Part shown: piece by piece, positions 1 to 13,020 of the stretch | How positions within the stretch are numbered: the stretch's first letter is position 1 | Layout: every line of letters begins with the position of its first letter | DNA from: Macrostomum hystrix | Lineage: Eukaryota > Animalia > Platyhelminthes | Assembly (NCBI GenBank): GCA_950097015.1 | Contig: CATNEN010000024.1 | Location: forward strand, 2,356,001-2,420,000 | DNA length: 64,000 bases | Direction: 5' to 3' | Position numbers and translations under genes: made by a program | Notes under the pieces: generated by a model | What the model was told of the DNA's origin: nothing | The model's input: the letters and a program-made list of their open reading frames with translations, nothing else | Databases searched by the model: none

Positions 1-20
1 AGAACAATAATCACTTTCAG

Positions 21-3000
21 ATGCAAAACCCAATGCATATAGGAAGCTATGAGCTTTTGTTTCAGTTTCTACAAGTGCCAACCTATTTAAGAGGCAAGCA
101 TGTGAGTTTTTTGTTGCACTGTTTTTCTTGTAGATTTCTCCTCACATATAGCAAACAGCTAATGTAAATTTAAATTATTTTCTATTCCAGGAGCATGATT
201 TTATCATTGGATTCCTACACAGCATTGCAGAGTTGAGGTTTGAAAGTGAGGCTGCACTGAAGTCCATGGCAGCAGGCATGCATCATGCCTCATATAGGAC
301 TAGCCAGCTGTTGTTTAGGTGAGGGATAATCGAAAAATTTTATGCTAAACTAATCAAGGACTTGAATGAGCAGATAGCTTTTGGAAGAATGTGATGTCAG
401 GTTTTTTGGTTCTTTTATTAAGGTTCTGTAAACAATTTAATCAGTGATTGGATTTGTAGTATCCCAAACATTTATATACCATGATGACACATTGTTGCAG
501 CAGCGACAGCCGCCCTGACAAATGGTACATTCTACTCTCTGGCTCTGTTTCCATGGATGGAAAGCTTCACTATCCAATTAAATGGTAAGCGGCTAACCAA
601 CATTTTTCTACTACCCGGTTCATCATGGCAAAGTAGACCTCCCTTTAAGTCAAGGGTCAACAACATTACGAGAAAAGAATGAATTTAAAAGACGACAGCT
701 GGCCGCATTGACAGCCTAGTGATGAGATACTAGAAGAGATGAGGCAGTAGAGCGAAAAGGCTAAGAGATAAGATAAGACAGGGGACATATACATGCAAGA
801 CATTGGAGAGATAAGACATGCGAGAGAAGAGAAACATGAGACACATTACAGATATCACATTGGAGAAGTGAGACAGGGGGTAGATAAAACATTGGAGAGG
901 TGAGACAGGGGACAGATAAAACATTGGAGGGGTGAGACAGGTGACAGATAACACATTGGAGAGATGAGACAGGGGACAGATAAAACATTGGAGAGATGAG
1001 ACAGGGGATAGATAAAACATTGGAGGGGTGAGACAGGGGACAGATAAAACATTGGAGAGGGATGAAACAGGGGACAGATAAAACATTGGAGAGATGAGAC
1101 AGGGGATCGATAAAACATTGGAGGGGTGAGACAGGGGACAGATAAAACATTGGAGAGGGATGAGACAGGGGACAGATAAAACATTGGAGAGGGATGAGAC
1201 AGGGGACAGATAAAACATTGGAGGGATGAGACAGGGACAGATAAAACATTGGAGAGATGAGACAGGGGACAGATAAAACATTGGAGAGATGAGACATGGG
1301 ATAGATAAAACATTGGAGGGGTGAGACAGGGGACAGATAACACATTGGAGAGATGAGACAGGGGACAGATAAAACATTGGAGAGGGATGAGACAGGGGAT
1401 AGATAAAACATTGGAGGGGTGAGACAGGGGACAGATAAAACATTGTAGAGATGAGACAGGGGACAGATAAAACATTGGAGAGATGAGACAGGGGATAGAT
1501 AAAACATTGGAGAGATGAGACATGGGACAGATAAAACATTGGAGGGGTGAGACAGGGGATAGATAAAACATTAGAGGGGTGAGACAGGGGACAGATAATA
1601 CATTGGAGAGGGATGAGACAGGGGACAGATAAAAAATCGGAGAGGGATGAGACAGGGGACAGATAAAACATTGGAGGGATGAGACAGGGGACAGATAAAA
1701 CATTGGAGGGATGAGACAGGGGACAGATAAAACATTAAAGGGGTAAGACAGGGGACAGATAAAACATTGGAGAGCTGAGACATGGGACAGGTAAAACATT
1801 GGAGAGCTGAGACATGGGACAGATAAAACATTGGAGAGCTGAGACATGGGATAGATAAAACATTGGAGTGCTCTATATTAATAATATTTTATTATTACTA
1901 GATAGTTTTAATTGGATAAGTTTGAGTATAGCTCATACATGGGCAATGTAAATTGTAGTTCATATGTTTAAACTTAGGGAGTAAGCTTTATAGTACGGAC
2001 CCATGTATTGCGCCTACAATCGAATAGGTTTATTTCTGCTGGTCGCCAATAAAACTCCGCTTATTTGGGAGAGTGAATGCGCGCTCGTATATTCTGGGAA
2101 ATTTGTGTTTGGAGACGTGCCACATTAATATAGTGCATTTGGCTTCACTGTTGCGATATTTCTTCAGTTAGTTTGCGTCAACTGGCGCACTGTTTCATAC
2201 ATGTATACAACACTGCATGCAGACTTTGACCAGTAGCAGCAGTAACTTTTTTGTTAGTGTGTCCGCTAACAATTATATATACAGTGTATTGCTTGAACTG
2301 CATAATTTCCTTGGCTCTCTAAAACCTAACAGCCTAGGCCGACCCGACAGTGAAGAGAGTCGGCTAAGCGGCGACTGCTATTGCTTAGAGCCGTGCGACC
2401 TACTAGTTGTAAGTCACCGCCGTAACCTGTTGAATATTTCATAGAGCCTTATTTTTGTTTTCTCTAACACCACAGGGGCAACCATGACGATTAAGATAAT
2501 AAATAAACAAATTCCAGATTAATTCCTCAAGCCAGCAAGAACTGTTGAGCAATATGCTCGAATCTGCCAGTGTGGACGACTCCGCAAGTCTAGTAAGTGA
2601 ATAATATAAATAAGCGAAACACTCGGGCTGGTTTTTAGTGAACATTATCATTCGTGGCCTCGCCGTGTTTATTAATATTCATTTTTGCAGGATGACTGTG
2701 GGCAATAGGCACATTATTTGGTGACACTAGACCCGCAGCTAGCGAGGAGGCAATTCTGCACATTCCACACTCCTAAACACACAATCACACAGGTGTGTAC
2801 ATCTGCCCTGACTTTCTCATCGTCAGTCAGTGTACACTCTCACTGTGCCTTGGAGGTTGGCCCTCAAGGGCGCAAATTGCACGACAAGCCCCCAAGCCTT
2901 CTCTCCGCGGCTGCATGTGGCCTCTCGCCGCGGAATCGAGCTCAGGGACATTGTTGCGTGAGGTAAACGCGTTAGACTGCTCTGCCACTCACCCTCCTCG

Positions 3001-6000
3001 CGAGTGCTAACATTCAGATTAATAATATATTAGCAGCAGAAGTATCAAAAGGGATTTTTCTCTGACATTTTCTGCTGCGCTAAAAAAACAGAGCAGCCCA
3101 GCCAAAATCGTTCTCAGTCGTTACATTTTTTCCCAAAATTGCTTAAGCATTTAGTGCATGCATGCACTGCATCGCAGCGCAGGTTATGATTTAAATTTTA
3201 AACTTTAATTTCAGAATCAACGTGTCTCCCTCGACTACTTATTCGACGAAGCAGCCTCGTCAGTGTACTCGGACAGTTGCTGCGATTTGGACTGCAGCAG
3301 CTCAGTGCAGCTGGGCGATAGCGACACGGACAATGAGGCCGCGGCGGAGACTGCGGCAATGCAGGGTCGCGACTCGTTGCTGTCCGCTCTGACCAAGGCG
3401 CCAAATGAGCGAACGGTTACCGAAGCCGAGCTGCTACATCTGGCCACCCGTTGCATGCCGGCGTTCGCTCAGTTCAACGAGACCGTCCAGCGGCGGCTAT
3501 CCGCCAGCCTGACGCTGGCGAGTGTTGCGCCGCCGAACGCCTGGGCTGTGGTGCTGGACGGTGAGGTTGAAGTAACGCCTCAGTCGCCGACTGCAACCGC
3601 CTGTCGGCTGGGTGTCGGCGAGTCCTTCGACGGCCGCCTAGTTGGCCAAGTCCGGCCAGTTGGCGCCGACTGTAAGCTAGCCTACCTGTCCTGGGACACC
3701 TACCTAGCTGCATTAGGAGAGCAGGACACTGATGACGGGCAGGATGGCGGCCGACGGCTGGTGCTGCGCAAAGATGAAATGGTTTGATTGGCTGTTGAGC
3801 TCAATGAATGAACTGGCCGCCATATTGGTGAATAACTAGTAAATAGTAAATTAGATAACGAAGAATCTGAAAGCGAAACGAAAAGTAATGTTTCTGTTTG
3901 TTGGTGTTTAATTAAAAAATCTCAAGGTTGCGTTAAGTAAAAGGTCAGGAGTTCGAATCTGAACCCAAGGTTGTCCTTCAGTAAGTCTCTTAATTCCCTA
4001 GTACTTTAGTTCACTTAGCTGTGAAATACGTCAACATTAGCATTAGCGGCCTCGCCAGTGCATGGACTGAACAACTGTACCACTGTCTTTACATCTTGTC
4101 TAGGTGTAATTTCTATCTATCTATTGTAATTTTGTTTCCAGGTGGTGCTGGTTAAGGAGGCCGACCCCAGCCGAGGCGGTGCGCTCTCGGTTACAAGCGG
4201 GACAGTCGCCGCTCTCCTAGACGAGCTCCTGTCCACTGACGCAGTCGATGGTAGCTTTGCCGAAGATTTCCTGCTGACCCGGCTGGCCTTCGTTAGCGAT
4301 CTGGCTCTGGCCGACCGGCTGCTGCTGGCCCTGTCCAGGGAGCCGGACAGCGGGACCGCCTGGGAGAGGGCGGAGCGCGTCCTACTGCAGTGGGTCGGCG
4401 GCCACCTCGTCGACATGTCGGATAGACGCCTGCTGGACCGGCTGGCCCAGCTGGAGTCTCGACTGGCCGGCCGGCTGGGGCCGCAGCACCTCGTGCGGCT
4501 GGCCTGCACGGCTGGCGCCGCTCAACGGCGCGTAACCTGTCGTCGGGCTGACAGCCTCGCCTTTCTGGTGGCCAGGGATCAGCCTAGCGTCGGAGGTGGC
4601 GAAGTCGCCTGCTTTGTCTCCGGCCTGCCAACAGTGTCTGACGCCGAAGCTGTAGACGATATTAATTCGTGAGTACTCAGTTCTCAGGTGCCAATAATCC
4701 AATGTTCTCAGGTGCCCATAATCCAAGGTTCTCAGGTACCCGAAATCCCAGTACTCAGGTGCCCATAATCCCAGTTCTCAGGTGACTATTATCCCAGTTT
4801 TTAGGTGATTATCTCACGTGGCTATTGTCCCAGTTTTAAGGTTTAAGATGCCAGTTTTATTTGATATGTTTCTTTTTTACTGTGAAAAAATGCCATTATC
4901 TGTACGCCAGCCGACTGCACCCTCTAATGCTGGGGGATCGAGTGCTACAATCTGGCGGACTTCCAGTCGACCCAGACCGGCTTCTATACGGCGAGTTAGG
5001 CGAAATCCTAGACCTGACTGTCCGTTGGGATCCGTTTCATTATTATAGGATCAGCGCCTCACTGGCTTCTGCCGCGGCTGTGAGTAGCTTTGTACTTTGC
5101 TATGAGGATGGTAGAGTTGGTCTGCAATGAGGTTGGTAGAGTTGGTCTGCAATGAGGTTGGTAGAGTTGGTCTGCAATGAGGTTGGTAGAGTAGATCTGC
5201 AATGAGGTTGGTAGAGTAGGTCTGCTATGAGGTTGGTAGAGTAGATCTGCAATGAGGTTGGTAGAGTAGGTCTGCTATGAGGTTGGTAGAGTAGGTCTGC
5301 TATGAGGTTGGTAGAGTAGATCTGCAATGAGGTTGGTAGAGTAGGTCTGCTATGAGGTTGGTAGAGTAGGTCTGCTATGAGGTTGGTAGAGTAGGTCTGC
5401 TATGAGGGGTTGGTTGAGCAGGTCTGCAATGAGGTTGGTAGAGTAGGTCTGCTGTGAGGTTGGTAGAGTAGGTTTGCAATGAGGTTGGTAGAGTAGGTCT
5501 GCAATGAGGGTTTGGTTGAGCAGGTCTGCAATGAGGTTGGTAGAGTAGGTCTGCTATGAGGGTTTGGTTGAGCAGGTCTGCAATGAGGTTGGTAGAGTAG
5601 GTCTGCTGTGAGGTTGGTAGAGTAGGGCTGCAATGAGGTTGGTTGGGTAAGACAGCCTAGGGGAGTAACTGGATGCCCTTTGCATAACTGGCTCATGCAC
5701 CTACAGATTCAGCGCACCATCAGCTGCAGCCCTGCCGCGCACAAGCCGCCTTCACTGCCGCCGTTGCCAGTTAGACAGATTTCAATGCCGGCTCGCCTAG
5801 TCACACTGGACACCGCGGCTTCACCGAACGGCCTGACGAGGGCGCAAATGTTTGGCGCGCCAGATCGAGTGACTATTCGTGTCCACCGGGGTGGCGGTCA
5901 GTGCCGGACACTGTCAATCAGCCGGGATACTCCGGCCGGCGTGGCCGCCGCTTTGGCCGCCTGCCAGTTTGGCGTCGCCGGTTCAGTTGACTACGCCCGG

Positions 6001-9000
6001 TGGCAGCTGGTTGAGGTTGTAGCTCAACAGCAGCCGGGACCGACGCTGCGGCGTAGGGTTCTGCCAGACGACCTGACCGATCTGGTGGCTCGCCTGCCTA
6101 TTGGTGGACGCTACTTTCTGAGACGGTCGGACGAGCCCACTGATCAGTGCTTGACGGATGAGGCGGAGGCTGCCGAACTGGCTAAGGAGGCTAGCGTGGA
6201 CTTGTTGCAGGTACGCATTCTTGTTTTAATAAGCTGGCCTCATTATCCCCTCAAAGCCCCCAGGCTGGCTTCAATATCCCTCAGATCACTAGGCTGGCTC
6301 AATATCCCCTCAGATCACTAGGCTGATGCAATATCCCCTCAGATCACTAGGCTAGCTTCAATATCCCCTCAGATCACTAGGCTGGCTCAATATCCCCTCA
6401 GATCACTAGGCTGATGCAATATCCCCTCAGATCACTAGGCTGATGCAATATCCCCTCAGATCCCCAAACTGACTTCAATGTCCTCTGGATCCCTAATCTG
6501 ACCTCAATATCCTCTCGGATCCCCAAACTGACCTCAATATCCTCTCATATCCCCTAACTGACTTCAATGTCCTCTGGATCCCTAATCTAACCTCAATATC
6601 CTCTCGTATCCCCAAACTGACTTTAAAAGTCTCTCAGATGACCAGTTTTGGGCTCTAATTTCACTCCAGATACTCAGTTGTGACCCAATATTCTCCCAGC
6701 CAAGGAATTCTAAATTTAGCAACTGGACTGACAACTGAAATTGCGCTGAGAACTTTTTTTATACAAGATGAGGCTTAATGCGATTGCCACAGACAGGATT
6801 TTTGTCCCCTGCATGCCAAATAAATGCGCCGTTTTTGGCCGCGATTCGGCAACGGCACGGTCAGTGAGGATTTCATTCCACAAGTTTCCGAATCGAGACG
6901 GCCTGTTGGCAAAATGGTTAAAAAGCATTTTCTAAGAAGCAACTTTCAAGCCATCGAAGCACATTCGAATTGGCTCTCTTCACTTCACCTAATCAGATTT
7001 TATTACTGAGAATCAGGACAGCAATGTATATCGGAAAAAGAAACAACACGAAGAATGTGCCCACCAAATGTAGCACGGCCAGCATGCCATCATATTTCAC
7101 AAAAACTCCACCAGCTTCGCGATCAAGAAACGCTTCGTTGCAACAGCATCACGAGATTAATGTCGCACAGGTGGAACAACAAAATAGAGATGGTTCTGCC
7201 AGTGAGTGAATTCGCTCACTTGGTCGCTAATTTTTCGTTAAGGTTGCTAAGTAAGTTAGAAGTCCTGTAGTTTTTTTATAGCAGTCGGGCAGCATCGCCA
7301 AAACAGTACAGCCACATCATTCCAGTGTCCTTAACTCTGAGTTCAGCCAAGCAGCTGGTAAATTTAATGGCCTTTGAGAAGTCTGCAACTGAATCCAATG
7401 CACTGGATTAGATTGGATGCTGCTCTGGATAGTCTCAAACAGTTGCTCCAGCAGGACAATTGTCCGTCAGACGACAGTACGCCTTCTTGCCTGGCTTTTA
7501 TTACTGAGCAGCTCAAGCTGGATGATGTGGACAAGCATGCTCGACGCTATTCACCCGAGTTGGATCGTTTATCTCTTATATTCTTCGGCTTCTGGAAACC
7601 AAATCGCTAATTACTACCATCAGTTAACGTCCTTCGAAAAATAACAAAGTCGATGGGGTCGACAGGTCTGGACAACTCTGACTTATCTCAGATTGCGCTA
7701 CAATCGACTACATGCCTATGAGACGACTGTGGTGTTATTGATCGACGAGATTTACCTAGCCAAACGAGTTGAAATGAGTTGTGAAGAATTGCATGGACTG
7801 ATTTAGACGGGTGATGTTGCACAAACTGCGCTCTGTTTCATGATCTAGTCTGCTACGACCAAGTACCGAGACATTTTCAGCATTTTTCCAATCAATAATC
7901 TCATGGCGAAGACAATCTACGATTGCTACCAGCAAGGTCTGCAGATATCTCACGAACGTCTAACAGATGCTTTATTCTTTCTTTGCTAGCCAGAAATTTT
8001 GAATTGTGCTGACAGTTCGTTTATTTTTGTTTGCTCTTTGTATTTTCTCAATACAGTTTATAAGCCTTTCATTCCTCTGATTTTGTTACTGGTTCGGAAA
8101 TATACTTTGAAATACGATCCTTCTTTTTGAATACTCTGTGTGTTTACGTCGCACACTTGCCATCTTAGCCTCATCTCGTATAGCTGATACATGTATTTCA
8201 GTTGTCATTCCAGTTGCTAGATTTGTCCTAGCCCTTAGCAAAATAATAATAATAATAATAATAATAATTGCAGGAAGGCTGCGGGCAATGGCACATCATT
8301 TGGTGACACTAGACCCGCAGCCAGCGAGGAGGCAATTCTGCCCATTTCGCTGACTCCTGAGCACACACGCACACAGATACTGTACGCAGGCATACGCTGA
8401 CACAGGTGTGTACATCTGCCCCGACTTTCTCATCGTCAGGCAGTGTACACTTTTACTGTGCGTTGGAGGTTGGCCCTCAAGGGCGTAAATTGCAGGACAA
8501 GTCCCCAAGCCTTCTCTCCGCAGCTGCGCCCCAAATGAATGTGGCCTCGCCGTGGAATCGAACTTAGGGACCTTGGTGCGAGAGGCAAACGCGTTAACCG
8601 CTCTGCCACCGACGCCCTTAGCCCTTAGCATACAATACTTAATACAATTTTGTAGGCCATAGACTAAAGTTAGAAGTCGCTTCAATTTCTCCGGTAAATG
8701 TCCTTTAATTTATTCTTAGTGGTAGCTCCGATTGCGGAGTCCATGTAAGGCGGTGGTCGGCTAGCAGTTTAAAATGCCAGATTACGCGAGTAGTTGAGTT
8801 TTTTATTTAATCAAGATCAAGCTTCGAGTGAAATGCATCATCAAACAGGTATGTAGCCACAGTTTTTCTGCTAAATTTAGTCCAGTGATTATGAATCATA
8901 ATACATCTGTCTTGGTCTCTTGATGCTAGAAGCAGTCAACAGAGTGAAGTTCTGTATGTTAGATACAGATGTTTATCAACTTTTTTATTAACTTTACCAG

Positions 9001-11618
9001 CTTACTCTTAGCGGAACACTAAGTTACCTGAAGCCAGTCTCGCATATTTTTACCTTGCGATTAGTTTTTGGCAAAACTTTTGATGGACATTATTTTTTAA
9101 ACAGATTAACGATGAAAATGCTATCATTAAAGTGAAACACAGTCGAATGTACAGCTAGGCATGTTCATCTTTTCTAATCTAAGACAATTTGTACTTTCCG
9201 TTTCGTCCAACTTTTTGTCTGTTACAAAAGTCTATTTAAAGTGAACTTCTTAATGAATAATCTTCGAGAAACCTTGCCCAATTCTCACGAGCTTTTCTGG
9301 GTCTACGTCTCACTAATTTACTGCATCACATGCAGCATCATTATTGTATTATTGTATTATATTAACAAATGAAATCCCACAGGTCATTTGGCTGTGCCGA
9401 AAATTCCCTAAATCCCCATTGGATTCAACTTACTCGAACTTATTAGTCACACTGAATCAGAATCCCTACTCGATCCCATGAGTGATGCGGGATCAGAATC
9501 CCTACGAGATCCCATGAGTGATGCGGGATCAGAATCCCTACTCGATCCCATGAGTGATGCGGGATCAGAATCCCTACTCGATCCCATGAGTGATGCGGGA
9601 TCAGAATCCCTACGAGATCCCATGAGTGATGCGGGATCAGAATCCCTACTCGATCCATGAGTAATGCGGGATCAGAATCCCTACGAGATCCCATGAGTGA
9701 TGCGTGATCAGAATCTCTACGAGATCCCATGAGTGATGCGGGATCAGAATCTCTACGAGATCCCATAAGTGATGCGGGATCAGAATCCCTACTCGATCCC
9801 ATGAGTGATGCGGGATCAGAATCCCTACTCGATCCCATGAGTGACGCGGGATCAGAATCCCTACTAGATCCCATGAGTGATGCGGGATCAGAATCCCTAC
9901 GAGATCCCATGAGTGATGCGGGATCAGAATCCCTACTCGATCCCATGAGTGATGCGGGATCAGAATCCCTACGAGATCCCATGAGTGATGCGGGATCAGA
10001 ATCTCTACTCGATCCCATGAGTGATGCGGGATCAGAATCCCTACGAGATCCCATGAGTGATGCGGGATCAGAATCTCTACTCGATCCCATGAGTGATGCG
10101 GGATCAGAATCTCTACGAGATCCCATAAGTGATGCGGGATCAGAATCCCTACTCGATCCCATGAGTGATGCGGGATCAGAATCCCTACTCGATCCCATGA
10201 GTGACGCGGGATCAGAATCCCTACGAGATCCCATGAGTGACGCGGGATCAGAATCCCTACGAGATCCCATGAGTGACGCGGGATCAGAATCCCTACGAGA
10301 TCCCATGAGTGATGCGGGATCAGAATCCCTACTAGATCCCATGAGTGATGCGGGATCAGAATCTCTACGAGATCCCATGAGTGACGCGGGATCAGAATCC
10401 CTACGAGATCCCATGAGTGACGCGGGATCAGAATCCCTACGAGATCCCATGAGTGATGCGGGATCAGAATCCCTACTAGATCCCATGAGTGATGCGGGAT
10501 CAGAATCTCTACGAGATCCCATAAGTGATGCGGGATCAGAATCCCTACTAGATCCCATGAGTGATGCGGGATCAGAATCCCTACTAGATCCCATAAGTGA
10601 GTCCTTATTTAGGATATCTTGATCTTGATCCTTTATCAAGGGAAGGACTAAACTGAACACTAAAAACTAAACAACTAATTGTGCAGAAACTAACCCAGCA
10701 TCCGTCATTGCATTCGCGCTTCAGTTGGATCCCCGCCGACTGGCCCAGAAACTGTCGGAAATCGATGCCGACGCCCATCGCCGAATTCGGCCTGCCGACC
10801 TTGTCCTGTGGTGGCGCGTTGGCGGCCGAAGCAGCGATGCGACAGTCGACTCGCTGTCGGCTTTCAATCGACTGATTCGCCTGGCCGAGGCCACTTCGAG
10901 CTGGCCAGGACGCGAACTTGCGACCACCGCTCAAGAAGCCGAATCCGAACAACAGACGGCGCGCAGGCGAGATCGCATTCTAAAGCGCCTAGTCCGCGTA
11001 GCTCTAGAATGCCACCGGCTGGGCAACCTCTGCTCTGCCACCAGCCTGGCTCTGGGCCTGGCCGCCTGCCAGACTGCCAGCTGGGACCGCCGCCTGCCGC
11101 GTCGGCTCCGAGCCGCCTGGCTGGACCGGCTGGCAGGCCTGGCCGACGTGTCGATGAATCACGCCGGCTACAGGCAGCAGCTGCTAGCGGCCGGACAATT
11201 CGCCGTGCCGCATCCAGCCGTGCTGTGCAAAGATCTGACATCGTTGCGCGAAGCCGGCGGCGGAGAGCCGGAGCTCGTGAATTTCTATCGCCTGCGATTG
11301 GTGGCCAGCCTGGCTCGGTCATTCTGCAGCCAGCGGCTGGTGCCGTCCACTCCGTTAGCGTCGCCGTCCAATTCTAGCTCGTCATCATCTAGCTCGTCGT
11401 CAACCTCTTCAAGTTCTTCGGCGCCTTCGATTGCCTCGCCGATGCGAGAGGCCCGCCGGCTGGCGAGCCGTCTTCTGCTGCTCGGCCGATCCAGCCCGAG
11501 TCCGTTCAAGTTTGTTCAGCGGGCCAAATTCAACGAAGCGGCGGAGACTTTGGCCGACAAGCAGCTCGTAGACTATGTACAGCGAATGGTGCATCCCGGC
11601 GTAGTGTGCGGCGAATGA
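21..11618 (+). CDS. RAPGEF2/6 (PDZ-GEF)-like Rap guanine nucleotide exchange factor, 10 coding exons: 21-101, 191-318, 501-584, 2333-2408, 2518-2592, 3215-3781, 4142-4668, 4911-5079, 5707-6210, 10725-11618
   Basis: All joins are GT-AG with compatible phases. Domain order matches PDZ-GEF: first cNMP-like domain (WYILLSGSV...GDCYCLEPCDLLV), second cNMP (MPAFAQF...WAVVLDGEVEV), REM (SFAEDFLLT...RVLLQWVGGH), PDZ-like (LGDRVLQSGG), RA (PDRVTIRV...GGRYFLR), CDC25 (LECHRLGN, VLCKDLT, LVNFYRLRLVA). The 2518-2592 exon is supported mainly by splice sites and phase. Confidence 0.85.
745..1865. repeat. Minisatellite, ~32-33 bp unit (gagacaggggacagataaaacattggagagat)
   Basis: Direct tandem repeats in intron 585-2332 of the RAPGEF-like gene. 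Confidence 0.95.
2687..2997 (-). mobile_element. tRNA-derived SINE, family A
   Basis: Minus strand begins gtggcagagcagtctaacgcg (A-box-like) then gagctcgattcc (B-box-like); homologous to 8240-8617 and 34939-35190. Confidence 0.75.
3943..4095 (+). mobile_element. Partial SINE, family B
   Basis: ggagttcgaatc B-box, gtccttcagtaag, ccagtgcatggactgaaca shared with 34335-34550 and 60798-61120. Confidence 0.5.
4675..4835. repeat. Short degenerate minisatellite (~23 bp, ctcaggtgcccataatcccagtt)
   Basis: Starts immediately after the 4669 donor. Confidence 0.8.
5103..5645. repeat. Minisatellite, 25 bp (gaggttggtagagtaggtctgcaat)
   Basis: Fills intron 5080-5706. Confidence 0.95.
6245..6640. repeat. 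Minisatellite, ~29-30 bp (aatatcccctcagatcactaggctg...), degenerating rightwards
   Basis: Tandem units begin ~35 bp after the 6211 donor. Confidence 0.85.
6813..7915 (+). pseudogene. Decayed THAP-domain P-element (THAP9-like) transposase
   Basis: MPNKCAVFG...SFHKFP...KW...FKPSKHIRIGSLHF (THAP, two Cys lost, frameshifted); downstream LPSVNVLRKI, VVLLIDEIYL, TALCFMI, KYRDIFSIFPI typical of P transposase; stops and frameshifts present. Confidence 0.7.
8240..8617 (-). mobile_element. tRNA-derived SINE, family A, with (TTA)n tail
   Basis: Homologous to 2687-2997; (aat)n run at 8241-8268 is the 3' tail on the minus strand. Confidence 0.8.
9455..10600. repeat. Minisatellite, 36 bp (gatcccatgagtgatgcgggatcagaatccctactc)
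   Basis: ~31 near-identical units ending ~120 bp before the 10724 acceptor. Confidence 0.97.
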
Positions 11619-12064
11619 CACAAACATTCTCTTTCGAATCTCTCATGATATTCTTCTCGCTGCCGATATTGCTCTACTGAAAGCAAATTGTAAGTAGTAT
11701 ACCATGCGTGCTCCCTCCTGGTCTATTTTTTTTCTGGCGCTAGAATTTTTATTCCCGCGTGTTAATGCTATTCGCATTTTTCTCGACATCCAGCTCTTCC
11801 TGATATCCAGCACAGTTAATACTGTGGACATCATTTAAACTGCTAATTTATTTGTTATTCCTGAGCAGTATCCACCATCAGTAGTATTCTCTAGAGGTTG
11901 TTTTTTTCCTGTTTCCTTTGGTGCAATAATCTCATAATTCTTACAATTCGTGTTGCATTTTTCAGTTTTTCGCCACCTCATCGACTTGCAATATAATCAA
12001 CTCATCAATTATCTTCCATTTTTGTTGCTTCGTGTCGCAACTCCACACAGTCAACACACCAGAA

Positions 12065-13020
12065 GATTCCCAGTCTAGTTTAATATTCTCCCAGATTCCC
12101 AGTCAAATTTCATATTCTCCCAGATCCCCAGTCTAGTTTAATATTCTCCCAGATCCTCAGTCTAGTTTAATATTCTCCCAGATCCTCAGTCTAGTTTAAT
12201 ATTCTCCCAGATACTCAGTCTAGTTTAATATTCTCCCAGATACTCAGTCTAGTTTAATATTCTCCCAGATCCTCAGTCTAGTTTAATATTCTCCCAGATC
12301 CTCAGTCTAGTTTAATATTCTGCCAGATCCCCAGTCTAGTTTAATATTCTCCCAGATCCCAGTCAAATTTCATATTCTCCCAGATCCTCAGTCTAGTTTA
12401 ATATTCTCCCAGATCCTCAGTCTAGTTTAATATTCTCCCAGATCCCCAGTCTAGTTTAATATTCTCCCAGATCCCCAGTCTAGTTTAATATTCTCCCAGA
12501 TCCTCAGTCTAGTTTAATATTCTCCCAGATCCCCAGTCTAGTTTAATATTCTCCCAGATCCTCAGTCTAGTTTAATATTCTCCCAGATCCTCAGTCTAGT
12601 TTAATATTCTCCCAGATCCCCAGTCTAGTTTAATATTCTCCCAGATCCTCAGTCTAGTTTAATATTCTCCCAGATCCTCAGTCTAGTTTAATATTCTCCC
12701 AGATCCCCAGTCTAGTTTAATATTCTCCCAGATCCCAGTCTAGTTTAATATTCTCCCAGCTCCCCATTCTAGTTTAATATTCTCCCAGATCCTCAGTCTA
12801 GTTTAATATTCTCCCAGATCCTCAGTCTAGTTTAATATTCTCCCAGATCCTCAGTCTAATTTAATATTCTCCCAGATCCCCAGTCTAGTTTAATATTCTC
12901 CCAGATACCCAGTCTAGTTTAATATTCTCCCAGATCCCAGTCTAGTTTAATATTCTCCCAGCTCCCCAGTCTAGTTTAATATTCTCCCAGATACCCAGTC
13001 TAGTTTAATATTCTCCCAGA
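12065..13020. repeat. Minisatellite, 29 bp (ctcccagatcctcagtctagtttaatatt)
   Basis: Direct tandem repeats between convergent RAPGEF-like and PLAC8-like genes. Confidence 0.97.

Noticed and set aside
730-1847. Several 250-330 aa minus-strand ORFs
   Set aside because: Translations of a tandem repeat inside an intron; periodic low-complexity peptides.
2330-2430. GC-rich hairpin-forming stretch, considered as a ribozyme or ncRNA
   Set aside because: Explained as a coding exon of the cNMP domain (GDCYCLEPCDLLV) with proper splice sites.
8657-8669. ccatagactaaag identical to part of the DD33E right TIR (42193-42205)
   Set aside because: Only 13 bp with no further similarity and no partner end; probably chance.
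9443-10660. 405-aa and 297-aa repeat ORFs (SRRDSDPASLMG / MSDAGSESLLDP)
   Set aside because: The 36-bp unit is a multiple of 3, so frames stay open by construction; intronic, with no splice support.
12065-13020. CRISPR-like appearance of regular ~29-38 bp repeats (also 53385-54118)
   Set aside because: No unique spacers, no cas genes, eukaryotic intron context.
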